Assembly: GCA_021513695.1 (NCBI GenBank) | Contig: CP084166.1 | Span: 544,001 to 608,000, forward strand | DNA length: 64,000 nucleotides | Reading direction: 5' to 3' | From: Candidatus Heimdallarchaeum aukensis | Lineage (GTDB): Archaea; Asgardarchaeota; Heimdallarchaeia; Heimdallarchaeales; Heimdallarchaeaceae | Shown here: positions 36,117 to 46,357 of the stretch, piece after piece | Position numbering within the stretch: position 1 is the stretch's first letter | How the letters are laid out: every line of letters starts with the position of its first letter | The notes under the pieces: generated by a model | Databases searched by the model: none | Told to the model about the DNA's origin: nothing | Seen by the model: the letters and a program-made list of their open reading frames with translations, nothing else | Program-made: the position numbers and the translations under genes

Positions 36117-39100
36117 TTACACCGCTGTTGCCCACTCTTCACCAAACAACTGTGCTTGCTCCATTATTAATTTAATCGCATTAGGAGTTTGATCTGGTGG
36201 ATATTTATACTTTCGCAATAGTTTACGAATCTCAATACGCATGCGAGCTTGAACACTTTTTCTTACTGTGAAATCAATTGTAGCAGAATTTCGAACCTTA
36301 GCAACTAACTCTTTTGCTATTTTCTTTAATGTTTCATCACCCATTTCTCTTACAGCACTTTCATTTGTAGCTAAAGCATCATAAAAAGCAACTTCATCAT
36401 CATTTAATCCAAGTTCTTCTCCCTTTTTGAAAGCTTTTTGCATATCTTTCGCTAATTGAATCAATTCCTCTAAAATTGCAGCAGAAGCTATTGTACGATT
36501 GATATATTTGTTAATAGATTTCTGAAGTAATTCCTCAAAAGAACGAGATTGAACTAAATTCTTTTTAGCTCTAGAACGAATTTGATCCTTCAACAATTTA
36601 TTTAAAACCTCAACAGCTAAATTCTTTTGTTTTAATCCTCTAACTTCTTCAAGAAATTTATCAGAAAGAATAGAAATTTCTGGTTTATCCAATCCTGCTG
36701 CAGAAAAAATGTCTATAACATCTTCTGAAATAACAGCTCTAGAGATTAATTGTCTAATTGCATAATCAACTCTTTCTTTACGTTCTTTGGAAGGAGTAGT
36801 AGCTTTTACAAAACCAGCACGTACAGCTTGGAAAAAAGCTAAATCATCTCGAATAGCTAAAGCTTCTTCATGAGGAATAGCAAGAGAAAAGGCTTTATTT
36901 AGTGCTGAAAGGTTATCTAAAAACCTTTTTTTAGCACTTTCTGGAGTTTCATTAGGTAAATTAAGAATATGTTCCATAGCAGCAGGAAGTAATTGTAATC
37001 TTTGTAAAGCACTTCCTGTTTTAAACAAAGAATAATCAAAATTGTAAAACATATCTGAAACAATTTCATAATATGTTTTCATTAATTCTACAGCTTTTTC
37101 TTGAGGAATAGCTGTTTGTTCTCTTGACTCTACATTAGAATACCTAGATAATGCTTGCTTAAGAAAATAACCTATACCAATATAATCGACAATAAGACCT
37201 CCAGGTTTATCTTTATATACTCTATTTACTCTAGCTATCGCTTGCATTAAATTGTGTCCTTGCATTGGCTTATCTACATACATTGTATGCATACTAGGCA
37301 CATTAAAACCTGTTAACCACATATCTCTTACAATAACAAGTTTAAGTTCGTCCTCAGGATCTTTCATTCGATTTTCAATAATTTTTCTTTTTCTTTTAGG
37401 CCTAATGTGTGAACGCAATAATTGATCATCAGCAGCAGAACCGCTAATTACAACTTTAATGAAACCTTTTTGATCATCATTAGAATGCCACTCAGGCCTT
37501 AGTTTTATTATTTCATTATACAATAAAGCACAAATCCTGCGAGACATACAAACAATCATACCCTTTCCATCTATAATCTCAAGTCTTTTTTCAAAATGAT
37601 TTACAATATCCTCAGCTACTTCACGTAACCTATCGGGATCAGAAACAAGCCTTTCGACTCTTGACCACTTAGATTTCAATTTTTCTCGAGCATATTCTTC
37701 TTCATCTTCTGTGATTTCATCAAATTCTTCATCGATTTGACCCTTCAATTCTTCATTAAACTTAATTTTAACTAACCTTGATTCATAATAAATAGGAACA
37801 GTAGTTTTATCTCTTATTGCTTGTGAAATATCATAAATGCTAATATAATTACCAAAAACATGAATCGTATTTCTGTCGACAAGTTCTACAGGAGTAGCAG
37901 TAAAAGCAATAAAAGAAGCATTAGGCAGAGCTTGACGAATATAAGCAGCAAAACCTTCTTTTAATGAACCTTTTTCAGAAAGTTTTTTTCCAAAAGAATA
38001 ATGACTTCTATGAGCCTCATCAGCAATAACAATGATATTCCTCCTCTCAGATAAAAGAGGATATTGTGCATTCTCTTCAGGAAGAAATTTTTGTATTGTA
38101 GTGAAAATTACACCACCACCGGTTGTTTTAAGCAAATCCTCAATATTATCTTTTGTCGCTTCATGATTTTTTGGATTGTACCTCCTTGCTGTGGCTTGAA
38201 TAGAAGTTTGACGAAGAAGATCCCTTGATAAAGTAAAAGTTGTAAAAAGTTGGTCATCTAAATCGTTTCTATCAGTAATAACAACGACAGTAGGATTGTT
38301 AAGTAGCTGGATTAACTTTGCGGTATAAAATAACATTGTAAGACTCTTACCAGAACCTTGAGTATGCCAAACAACACCAATCTTTTGATCACCATCACTT
38401 CCAGTAGCTCGTAAAGTTTCCTTAATAGCACGATTAACAGCATGATATTGATGATAAGCAGCAGATTTCTTGACTATTGTTCTACCATCGTCTTCAAAAG
38501 TAATAAAAAATCTGATGTAATCTAAAAAACGAGAAGGTTCTAAAATACCACGAAATAAAACTTCAAGAGATAAGATTGATTGGTCAGCTAATATCTCTCC
38601 CTCAATAGTGCGCCAGGGAGTAAAACGCTCCCAATTAGCAGATAAACTGCCAGCTTTAGATTCATAACCATCACTAATAACAATTAACTCATTAGTCCTA
38701 AATAAAGAAGGAATTTCTTTTTTATAAGTCTGAATTTGATTATAAGCATCTCTTGTAGTCGTTTCTTCTTTAGATGGGTTCTTAAGCTCAATAACTACTA
38801 AAGGAATACCATTAACAAAGAGAACAATATCAGGTCGGTGATTGTGTTTGTCAGAACCAACACCTTCTATAACAGTAAATTGATTTACAGCTAAAAAATC
38901 ATTATTCTCAGGATTCTCAAAATCAATAACTCGTACTATATCTCCCTTTACACGACCATCATGGTAATAAGAGACTTCTACACCATCAACTAACATTCTA
39001 TGAAAAGAACGATTGTTTGTTAATAAATCAGGAGAATCAATACGGTTGAGTTTCTGCAAAACATCTTCAAGCACTTCTTTAGGTTTATCAGGATTAAGTT

Positions 39101-39272
39101 TATGTAAAGCTGATTTTAGTCTATCTTTAAGAATAATCTCACTATATGATAACCTTTCAGGATTATTTCCTGTTGGTGCAATATCTGGACCAAACTTGGT
39201 ATCATAACCTAATTCTCTTAAAATTTCCATAGATGCTTCTTCTAACTCTTTTTCAGTTATTTTCATAATCAA
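36117..39272 (-). CDS. hsdR: Type I restriction enzyme R subunit (HsdR)
   Basis: 1051 aa. Superfamily-2 helicase motifs are present (GSGKS-type Walker A in WHTQGSGKSLT, DEAH-type IVIADEAHRS). The C-terminal domain is typical of HsdR. Confidence 0.9.
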   Translation of the reverse strand: MIMKITEKELEEASMEILRELGYDTKFGPDIAPTGNNPERLSYSEIILKDRLKSALHKLNPDKPKEVLEDVLQKLNRIDSPDLLTNNRSFHRMLVDGVEVSYYHDGRVKGDIVRVIDFENPENNDFLAVNQFTVIEGVGSDKHNHRPDIVLFVNGIPLVVIELKNPSKEETTTRDAYNQIQTYKKEIPSLFRTNELIVISDGYESKAGSLSANWERFTPWRTIEGEILADQSILSLEVLFRGILEPSRFLDYIRFFITFEDDGRTIVKKSAAYHQYHAVNRAIKETLRATGSDGDQKIGVVWHTQGSGKSLTMLFYTAKLIQLLNNPTVVVITDRNDLDDQLFTTFTLSRDLLRQTSIQATARRYNPKNHEATKDNIEDLLKTTGGGVIFTTIQKFLPEENAQYPLLSERRNIIVIADEAHRSHYSFGKKLSEKGSLKEGFAAYIRQALPNASFIAFTATPVELVDRNTIHVFGNYISIYDISQAIRDKTTVPIYYESRLVKIKFNEELKGQIDEEFDEITEDEEEYAREKLKSKWSRVERLVSDPDRLREVAEDIVNHFEKRLEIIDGKGMIVCMSRRICALLYNEIIKLRPEWHSNDDQKGFIKVVISGSAADDQLLRSHIRPKRKRKIIENRMKDPEDELKLVIVRDMWLTGFNVPSMHTMYVDKPMQGHNLMQAIARVNRVYKDKPGGLIVDYIGIGYFLKQALSRYSNVESREQTAIPQEKAVELMKTYYEIVSDMFYNFDYSLFKTGSALQRLQLLPAAMEHILNLPNETPESAKKRFLDNLSALNKAFSLAIPHEEALAIRDDLAFFQAVRAGFVKATTPSKERKERVDYAIRQLISRAVISEDVIDIFSAAGLDKPEISILSDKFLEEVRGLKQKNLAVEVLNKLLKDQIRSRAKKNLVQSRSFEELLQKSINKYINRTIASAAILEELIQLAKDMQKAFKKGEELGLNDDEVAFYDALATNESAVREMGDETLKKIAKELVAKVRNSATIDFTVRKSVQARMRIEIRKLLRKYKYPPDQTPNAIKLIMEQAQLFGEEWATAV

Positions 39273-40092
39273 TTTCCGCCAAAAATTTTTCTATATTAGT
39301 AATTCGAAGCCTACCTGAGATAAGTTGAGGAAGTAGAATATCTCTTAATTTAATTAAAATATTAATTTCATCCTTATTTTTTCTAATTTTTTCAAAGATT
39401 GGGTCAATTATTTCTCTAAACTTTAGTAAAGTAGTCTTATCAGGTTTTATAATCGGAATCCTAAAAAGGTTACTTTGATTAATTTTTAATTGTACTGCAC
39501 CAGTTATATAAGGTCTAATGTTTATATTCATGAGATGTAACATAACAAATTCTGTACAAAATTCATTTTTTCCTTGTATTACATGAACATGATTATTCGC
39601 CCAAAATTTTCCATGTACATATTGTAAGATGGGTTTTTCATTGTTATCAATAACTGAACCATCTTCTGCCATTAAGAGAAAAATGCCATCAAAAATGTAA
39701 TCATCAATATAGTCTAAAATACTAGCTGCCCCATAATATGGATAAATACCTTTTCTTACCTTTCTTTCTATTTTTGATAAAGGAATTCTTTTTGAATCAT
39801 ATATACTTATGACTTCTTTGAGCGTCCCAACTTCCCATCCTTTTGGTATTTCTTTATCTACTTCCTCATTATATTCAAATTCGCCATCTTTGAAAGGTTC
39901 AAAATCAATAAACCAAGATCTGAAGATAGTTTGGGCTATCTCTTCTAAAACTTTGTTCATCTTCTGATTGAGTTCAATTTTTTGATCTATAGAGCTTAAT
40001 AATTTACTAATAAATTTTTGTATTCTTAAATTAGGTATAGGAAGTGGGATATTTTCAATAATTGAGGTATTTAAGGAAGGTCTAGTAGTACC
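39253..40092 (-). pseudogene. hsdS: Type I restriction-modification specificity subunit (HsdS), truncated at its 5' end by IS6 insertion. Only the central conserved region, the second target-recognition domain and the C-terminal conserved region remain.
   Basis: The annotated ORF (39253-39960) starts MNKVLEEIAQTIFRSWFIDFEP, which is the HsdS central conserved region. The frame remains open upstream (…ENIPLPIPNLRIQKFISKLLSSIDQKIELNQK) up to the IS right end at 40093. The 235 aa are about half the normal HsdS length. Confidence 0.75.
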
Positions 40093-40854
40093 GGTAGTGT
40101 CTAGTTTTCTTCCGACAAAAATATTTGTGGGGACTCTAATAGTAAGATATGAACATTCAAAAACTATCTACTCTTTTTAAGAGATGCAGAGTCCCCAAAA
40201 AAATAATAATAAAAGCTATTTATGAATATATTGGTTCAAAGAATGGGTTGAGGACAGTAGCATGGAAGAATGGTTTAACGCATCAAACATTATGGTATTG
40301 GGTAAAGAAGTTCAGGCTCTTTAGGGAAAGTTTACATAGAGTTGTAGCAGAGAGAGGGGGAATACCAGAGATTATAGTAGTAGATGAAACAGAGATTAGG
40401 ACCTCTCAAGGCTCAATATATCTGTGGTTCGCGTTAGATCCTTACAACAAGACTTTACTGGGTTTTAGTATTACTAAAGGACGGAGTAATCTTGAATGTT
40501 TACTAACTTTCCGTTATTGGCTCAAATGTTGGGGTTTTAAGCCTCGTATTGTCGTTACAGATGCAGGAGTATGGTATCCTGTCTTACTTCGTCTAGGTAT
40601 CAAAATCTCCGTTATCAAAGGTGGTTTACGCTCCTATATTGAACGTTTTAATGCTACTCTTAAGAGTTATCGTTGGTTTCATTCTATTCTCCACTGCACT
40701 TGTCCTATCCGTGCCGTCTATGGCTCTACTCATCTTTCTGGTTTTCTTACTCTCTTTATGCTCTATTATAATTTCGTTCGTCCTCATCAGAGCTTAGGAC
40801 ATCCTCCCCTTAGTTCCTTTTTACCTAGGAGGTGGTATAAAAACTAGACACTAC
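40093..40854 (+). mobile_element. IS6-family insertion sequence, copy 2 (intact). It has 16-bp terminal inverted repeats GGTAGTGTCTAGTTTT / AAAACTAGACACTACC and no flanking direct repeat.
   Basis: Inverted repeats read directly. The flanks (ctagtagtacc and agtcaaaaatag) differ from each other. Confidence 0.85.
40149..40847 (+). CDS. IS6-family DDE transposase (232 aa)
   Basis: VVDETEI...RIVVTDAGVWY...SYIERFNATLKSYR fits the IS6 D-D-E pattern. Confidence 0.85.
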   Translation: MNIQKLSTLFKRCRVPKKIIIKAIYEYIGSKNGLRTVAWKNGLTHQTLWYWVKKFRLFRESLHRVVAERGGIPEIIVVDETEIRTSQGSIYLWFALDPYNKTLLGFSITKGRSNLECLLTFRYWLKCWGFKPRIVVTDAGVWYPVLLRLGIKISVIKGGLRSYIERFNATLKSYRWFHSILHCTCPIRAVYGSTHLSGFLTLFMLYYNFVRPHQSLGHPPLSSFLPRRWYKN

Positions 40855-41122
40855 CAGTCAAAAATAGAAAAAAAATATAAAAGGCTTTTCTAAATAACAA
40901 CATTAGTTAAAGTATGTGGATTCTTACTAACAACCTTTGAATATAATTCATTTTTTATTTTTTGAATTATCTTCGCTCTATATTCCTCTTCTTTTTTGAA
41001 TCTAAATTAAACAATATAATTTTGTTCAACAGATAATTTTATATTGGGTTATAACCCATTACCGCCCAGAAGTCTAAAAAATAAAATAAGAGGCGATAAA
41101 AATAGGATATGGATCAGGAAGA

Positions 41123-41524
41123 ATGCGTGGTGGAGGAAGAGGAAGAGGAGGAGGATTTGGATTAGGAGCAGGAGGAGCATGTATTTGTCCAGTGTGTGGT
41201 ACAAAAGCTGCTCATGCAAGAGGGGTACCTTGTTTTCAATCTCGATGCCCACAATGTGGAGCACCAATGACTAGAGCAGAAGCTTATGCCGGCCCCCAAC
41301 CACAGAATAGTAAAAACGTACAAGAAGAGAAAGAATACAAATTTGATACAGCAGCAAAACCGCATATAGACCAATCTAGATGTAAGGGGTGTGCTTTATG
41401 CATTAATAGTTGTCCTTTTAATGTTATTAGAATGGAAAATGGTCATGCAATTATTGATTCTTCACGCTGCAGAAGTTGCGGAGTATGTATTTCTTCTTGT
41501 CCTGAAGGGGCGATAGTTTATTAG
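41123..41524 (+). CDS. Small protein with a Gly/Arg-rich N-terminus, a zinc-ribbon (CICPVCG...CPQCG) and 2x[4Fe-4S] ferredoxin motifs
   Basis: CKGCALCINSCP and CRSCGVCISSCP clusters. It is convergent with the nuoI-like gene. Confidence 0.6.
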   Translation: MRGGGRGRGGGFGLGAGGACICPVCGTKAAHARGVPCFQSRCPQCGAPMTRAEAYAGPQPQNSKNVQEEKEYKFDTAAKPHIDQSRCKGCALCINSCPFNVIRMENGHAIIDSSRCRSCGVCISSCPEGAIVY

Positions 41525-41556
41525 AAAATGTAAAAAAAAATTAAAAAATACTCTTT

Positions 41557-41934
41557 TTATATTTTTAGTGGATCAATAATTATACTTTCTTTATCAAAAG
41601 TTGCCAAGTAAAAGTCTTCTGTTAAAGTGAGACAACCAGTTGGACAAATATCTTGACATAGTGCACAGAAGCAACATTTTCCTAAATCTATTTGTGGATA
41701 AGTTTTTGGGTATTTCTCTTTATATTCTTCTTTTACTTCTACCATCTTTATCGCTTTATTTAAACAAATTTTGGCACAAGATCCACAAGAGATGCAGTTA
41801 TCGATGTCAAACTTATGTTTTGCTCTCTCTCTTTCTGATATCTCTACTTTCTCCATTGGAAAAAGAACAGTCATTGGTCTTTTGAACAAATTCTTGAATA
41901 TTTCTGAAATAATACTTAGTTTCATTGTTATCAC
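41557..41934 (-). CDS. 2x[4Fe-4S] ferredoxin subunit (NuoI / EchF-like)
   Basis: CISCGSCAKIC and CCFCALCQDICP clusters. It lies last in the co-oriented gene set with 2-bp spacing. Confidence 0.7.
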   Translation of the reverse strand: MITMKLSIISEIFKNLFKRPMTVLFPMEKVEISERERAKHKFDIDNCISCGSCAKICLNKAIKMVEVKEEYKEKYPKTYPQIDLGKCCFCALCQDICPTGCLTLTEDFYLATFDKESIIIDPLKI

Positions 41935-41935
41935 C

Positions 41936-43048
41936 TCATCTATCTACATCAGCAGGACATTGGTTTAAACTCCAATAAATAGCAGGGACGTCAGCATAAT
42001 AAGAATCAGTAAGTAAATGCTTTAAAATAGGTATCATGTGAGTAAAAGAAGGTCCTCTGATCTTAACTCTATAAGGAGTCTTTTTTCCTGTAGCAATCAT
42101 ATAAATAGCTCCTTCTCCTCTTGATAGTTCATTACGTGTATAGGTTTCTCCTTTAGCTTTGCGGAAGTGAACAATAGGTTTCATATTAGACGTTTTTACT
42201 TCCCCTTTTGGCATTCTGTCAATTGCTTGCTTAACTATCTTCTTGCTTTCTTCTATTTCTTGCATAGCTATCAAATATCTTGAATAAGCATCTCCTTCAT
42301 CAAAAACTGGAATTTCAAACTCCAATTCATCATAAATTTCATAAGGATCATCTCTTCTAACATCTGAAGCAACCCCGCTAGCCCTTAAAATAGGTCCTGT
42401 TGCACCTAGTTTAATAGCTTCTTCTTTCGTTAACACTCCTACTTCTTTGAATCTTTCCAACCATACAGGATTTTCTTTTTTTGCGAATTTATGCATATAG
42501 TCAATCTTTTCAAATAAAGTAAGAATCTTTTTTTCTGCTTTCTCTGGTAAATCTTTTCTTACTCCTCCAGGGCAGATATATCCAGCTGGATAAAGTCTTC
42601 CTCCAGTAATATAATCGAACACATCTAGCATATAGTCTCTGTATCCCATTGCAACATTAAATCCAGTAGTAAATCCTGTTCCCATTGACATTACAGCGTA
42701 CCATATAAAGTGCGATTGTATTCTTGACAGTTCTGCAAGTATAACTCTGATGTATTTAGCTCTTTCTGGGATATCATAACCCATTAAAGTATCAACAGCT
42801 TCTGCATGGAGAAGATTCCACTGAAGAGGTTCTAAAACACATATTCTATCTGATAATACAGAGTTTTGCATTGGTTCTCTATATTCCATTAACTTCTCAA
42901 AACCCCTATGTAAATATCCTGGATCAACTACAGCTTTCATCACTCTTTCTCCACGAAGCTGAACTCTCACTGAAAAGTTTCCTGAACCAGGGTGAGCTGG
43001 TCCAAAGTACATTTCAAAATCTCCTTGTCTTTCTTCTATTTCAGTCAT
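41936..43048 (-). CDS. NuoD / [NiFe]-hydrogenase large-subunit homolog lacking the Ni-binding cysteines (Ehr-like)
   Basis: 370 aa. The L1 motif is degenerate (RICVLEP instead of RxCGxC). The L2 motif is degenerate (NQCPADVDR instead of DPCxxCxxH). Confidence 0.8.
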   Translation of the reverse strand: MTEIEERQGDFEMYFGPAHPGSGNFSVRVQLRGERVMKAVVDPGYLHRGFEKLMEYREPMQNSVLSDRICVLEPLQWNLLHAEAVDTLMGYDIPERAKYIRVILAELSRIQSHFIWYAVMSMGTGFTTGFNVAMGYRDYMLDVFDYITGGRLYPAGYICPGGVRKDLPEKAEKKILTLFEKIDYMHKFAKKENPVWLERFKEVGVLTKEEAIKLGATGPILRASGVASDVRRDDPYEIYDELEFEIPVFDEGDAYSRYLIAMQEIEESKKIVKQAIDRMPKGEVKTSNMKPIVHFRKAKGETYTRNELSRGEGAIYMIATGKKTPYRVKIRGPSFTHMIPILKHLLTDSYYADVPAIYWSLNQCPADVDR

Positions 43049-43593
43049 TTTTTCACCTCAAAATAAATATCTTCTCGGGGATTACTTTCATCATAATATT
43101 CTTGTTGTACATATTTTCGCCAGTCGAAGTCCTTTCTAAACGGAGGAGGGCCAGTCCAGTCTTCCAACATTAGTGGAGTAAGATTAACGTTTCCTTCAAA
43201 AATCACGCCATAAAACTCATGGCATTCTCTTTCACATAATTCTGCATTTTTACTCCATAGAGAAGTAACAGAAGATATTGTAGGATTTTCTCTATTTATC
43301 CTTGTTTTTATCGTTAAAAGCATTTTTTCTTTATAGGACCATAAATGGTAAGCAATTTCAAAATTATTCTTTTCAATCCAATCTGTAACACTTATTGTAG
43401 AAAGATGTTCAAAACCCATATCATAAGCAATCGAACAAGCATCTACTATTTCTTTAGGTTCAATAGATACCCAAAGTCTTTTTTTTCTTTGGATATTAAC
43501 CTTCTTGTTTAATTTCTTACTTAAAGCCGTTACAATTTTTTCTTCTTTATCCAAATTATTCTTCTCTTTCTCTACTACACTCATTTTACTCAC
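43045..43593 (-). CDS. NuoC (30-kDa subunit) homolog
   Basis: 182 aa. It overlaps the flanking genes by 4 nt, consistent with translational coupling. Confidence 0.65.
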   Translation of the reverse strand: MSKMSVVEKEKNNLDKEEKIVTALSKKLNKKVNIQRKKRLWVSIEPKEIVDACSIAYDMGFEHLSTISVTDWIEKNNFEIAYHLWSYKEKMLLTIKTRINRENPTISSVTSLWSKNAELCERECHEFYGVIFEGNVNLTPLMLEDWTGPPPFRKDFDWRKYVQQEYYDESNPREDIYFEVKK

Positions 43594-44030
43594 TCATCCG
43601 GCATTCCATGAACATGTTGAACTATTTTGAAAACAGCATCAAAAACAGCTTCAGGTCTGGGAGGACAACCAGGAATATACATGGTTACAGGAAGATAATC
43701 TTCAAGCTTCTTAACAGTGTTATATGAATCCCAATACATCCCACCTGTTATTGGACATGAACCCAATGCTAAGACAAACTTTGGATCAGGCATTTGCTCA
43801 TAAATCTTTTGTGCTCTCTTCATTGATTTTGGTGTCTGAAAACCAGCAATAAACAACACATCAGCCTTTCTTGGTGAATTAACTGTTATCATTCCAAAAC
43901 GTTCCATATCCCATCTTGAACCTACAACTGGAACAAGTTCAGTAAATCCACAAGAGTTAAACCAATTAAAAACCCAAATAGCTTTTACAAAATATTTCAT
44001 CACAGTTTTCTTCTTAACCATCCTTTCCAC
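43590..44030 (-). CDS. NuoB (PSST, N2-cluster) homolog / hydrogenase small-subunit-like
   Basis: NSCGFTE, GSCPITGG and GCPPRPE cysteine motifs. Confidence 0.8.
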   Translation of the reverse strand: MERMVKKKTVMKYFVKAIWVFNWFNSCGFTELVPVVGSRWDMERFGMITVNSPRKADVLFIAGFQTPKSMKRAQKIYEQMPDPKFVLALGSCPITGGMYWDSYNTVKKLEDYLPVTMYIPGCPPRPEAVFDAVFKIVQHVHGMPDE

Positions 44031-44398
44031 TTTCTTCTCTTTTGTTTAGAAACACTATACACGAATTCTTGCTATAATTATTTAAAAAAAAATTTACTTA
44101 CATATATCTTTTAGGGTAAGAATTTAATCGTGTTGCTATACTTACAAGCCCAAAAATGATAAAATAGGTCAAGGACTTTTCGGATAACCGAACATTAATC
44201 AGTATAAATACTTGCCTAATCATGTGAATAATTATGCACATGGTCAAAATGGTGATAACTGCGAATTAATCAATGAAATAGGTGTTTAAGAAAAAGCACT
44301 TCTACTTTGAAAAAGAAAAATAAATGAAAATAGTAAATCCAAAAAGTTACAGTAAATAGATAAAAATATAATAAAAAAGAAAATAAAAGACATCTAAG

Positions 44399-46156
44399 TT
44401 ATGATTTATAACTCCCATATAGATAAAGAAATCGTTCTAAATAGTACAAGAAAACTTGATTGAAATAACCGGGAAAATAAATATCAGCTGCGTGACCTGC
44501 ATATGGAAAAGTTAGTAAAGCACAATCTGTTTTTCCAGTGCCTAAATAAGCATTTTTTATTATCTCTGACTCTTCAATCAATCTATCTTTTTCTCCTTGA
44601 AATATCAAACAAGGAGGAGAGCTCTCATTGATCAATATACTTGGATTGACCCATTCGTCCTTACTTTTTGTTGCAAACTCATATTTAACATTGTTTGCAG
44701 GATAATAAGGAATTATTCCTTTTATCCTTAATTTATTTGAAAAAATTTCAGTATAATTTCCAGAATCTATGCTTAGCGCAGTAGCTAAAGCGAGTTGCCC
44801 TCCTGCAGAACTTCCAGAAATAAATACTTTATCTAAATTTGCTCCGTATTCTTCCGCATGCTCTTCCAAGTAAAAAGTGAAATTACCTATTTGTCGAATC
44901 ATATCGTCAATAGTAAATTGTCCATAAACATTTTCTGGTCCGATTTTTAGCTTTCCAAAAACTGGTGTCTCATTATTTAGTCCGTATTGGATGTCAAAAA
45001 CACAGTATCCTTGTGCTGCAAGATATCTATTCATCATTTGTACATTAAGCTGTCCCTTATCTCCAAGAACCCACCCTCCTCCGTGAATTCTTATAATTGT
45101 TGAATTTTTTCCAGGTAAGGTTTCACTTGTTTGTTTCGGTAAGTAAGCATCAAAATAGAGTTTAATATCTTTATCAACTGAATAATTACTTTTGCTACCA
45201 TTAAAGTAAAGCACATCTGTTATAACTTGAACATCAAATTTTCCAATGCCAAAAAAGTATCCTGTTAGTTGAAAAGGATCATCGAGAAAATAATCTGTAA
45301 AACTAGAATTTTCTATAACTTTTTTCCAATCACCATCAAAATAAGGATTAAAAGCGTTTGAGAATTCTAATTCTGCTTGTTTTATTGTATAAGGAGTATA
45401 AGCTACTGGAACAAAAGAGAGAGAAGTAAAGGTTAACCCAAAAACTGCTATTAAGGCAATTTTTGCCTTAAAATATTTAGATCTCTTATTTGAAATGTTG
45501 ATGAGTGTAGATGAAGAGTTTAAAACTATTAAACCAATAAAAATCCCTGCAGGAGCAACAAAAACGCTTAACAAAAAGAAGAAAGTGTTTTGCATTCTTG
45601 GAGCAAAAAATATTATCGATGTAACTATCCCTAAACTCAACCCCAATAACGCCAAAATTAAAAGAATGACTTTAGCTATTTTACAAACTATTGTACCCTT
45701 TTCTTTTTCTTTTTCTTTTTCTTTTTCTGTGTTTTCTAGTTGATCTTTTATTCTTCTTTTTTTCACTAACCAGTAAAGACTTATAAAAGCAGGAAAAGAA
45801 AATAAAAACAATAAACTAAGAACAATCGCAACAGAAAAGATCACATTTATAGATTTGACAGGTGTGAAACCTGTAAAATTAACAAAAAATAGTACAATAA
45901 AGGAAAGAAAAGAGAAAACAAAGTAAAGGTATGATAGAATTCTAATATCACTTTTTTGTTTCGGCGATTCTAATTGTTTTGAGTTCAGGAAAGACAAAAA
46001 GAAGTAATTAAACATAATTGTAAATATAATGAATAATCCATTAATATTCCAAATTAAAGAATTTGAGGGATTTGCTAAATAAATTGAGCCTGTGATAATA
46101 TTTAGAACATTGATTATAATTGAAAATATGGTTATGTACAAAGGAAACTGTTTCAT
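44399..46156 (-). CDS. Polytopic membrane protein with a C-terminal alpha/beta-hydrolase (esterase/lipase, HGGG-type) domain
   Basis: IIRIHGGGWVLGD oxyanion motif and GSSAGGQLA (GxSxG) nucleophile elbow. An N-terminal multi-TM region contains a (KE)n linker encoded by a (ttttct)n repeat near 45700-45730. Confidence 0.7.
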   Translation of the reverse strand: MKQFPLYITIFSIIINVLNIITGSIYLANPSNSLIWNINGLFIIFTIMFNYFFLSFLNSKQLESPKQKSDIRILSYLYFVFSFLSFIVLFFVNFTGFTPVKSINVIFSVAIVLSLLFLFSFPAFISLYWLVKKRRIKDQLENTEKEKEKEKEKGTIVCKIAKVILLILALLGLSLGIVTSIIFFAPRMQNTFFFLLSVFVAPAGIFIGLIVLNSSSTLINISNKRSKYFKAKIALIAVFGLTFTSLSFVPVAYTPYTIKQAELEFSNAFNPYFDGDWKKVIENSSFTDYFLDDPFQLTGYFFGIGKFDVQVITDVLYFNGSKSNYSVDKDIKLYFDAYLPKQTSETLPGKNSTIIRIHGGGWVLGDKGQLNVQMMNRYLAAQGYCVFDIQYGLNNETPVFGKLKIGPENVYGQFTIDDMIRQIGNFTFYLEEHAEEYGANLDKVFISGSSAGGQLALATALSIDSGNYTEIFSNKLRIKGIIPYYPANNVKYEFATKSKDEWVNPSILINESSPPCLIFQGEKDRLIEESEIIKNAYLGTGKTDCALLTFPYAGHAADIYFPGYFNQVFLYYLERFLYLYGSYKS

Positions 46157-46357
46157 AGAAGTTTTAATTCTTGTTTAATTTATTTATTTTTCTACTGTTA
46201 TTGCAAAAGTTTGTCCAATAGATGTACAATCAGTTCCTATTTGTGATTTTGTTACTAAGAAACAAATGAAATGCTCTTTTTTCTTTCACAAATTATTAAC
46301 ATTCAGTCTTAAAAATAGTTGAAAAAATAAAAAAAGAAAGTAAGAATCAGCTGTTAT

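Noticed and set aside
41044-41274. Overlapping + and - ORFs encoding Arg/Lys-rich or Leu-rich low-complexity peptides
   Set aside because: These are alternative frames of the Gly/Arg-rich 5' end of the 133-aa ferredoxin gene and are not independent genes.
45700-45735. (ttttct)n repeat
   Set aside because: It lies inside the esterase gene on the coding strand's complement, encoding a (Lys-Glu)n linker. It is a low-complexity linker rather than a regulatory repeat.
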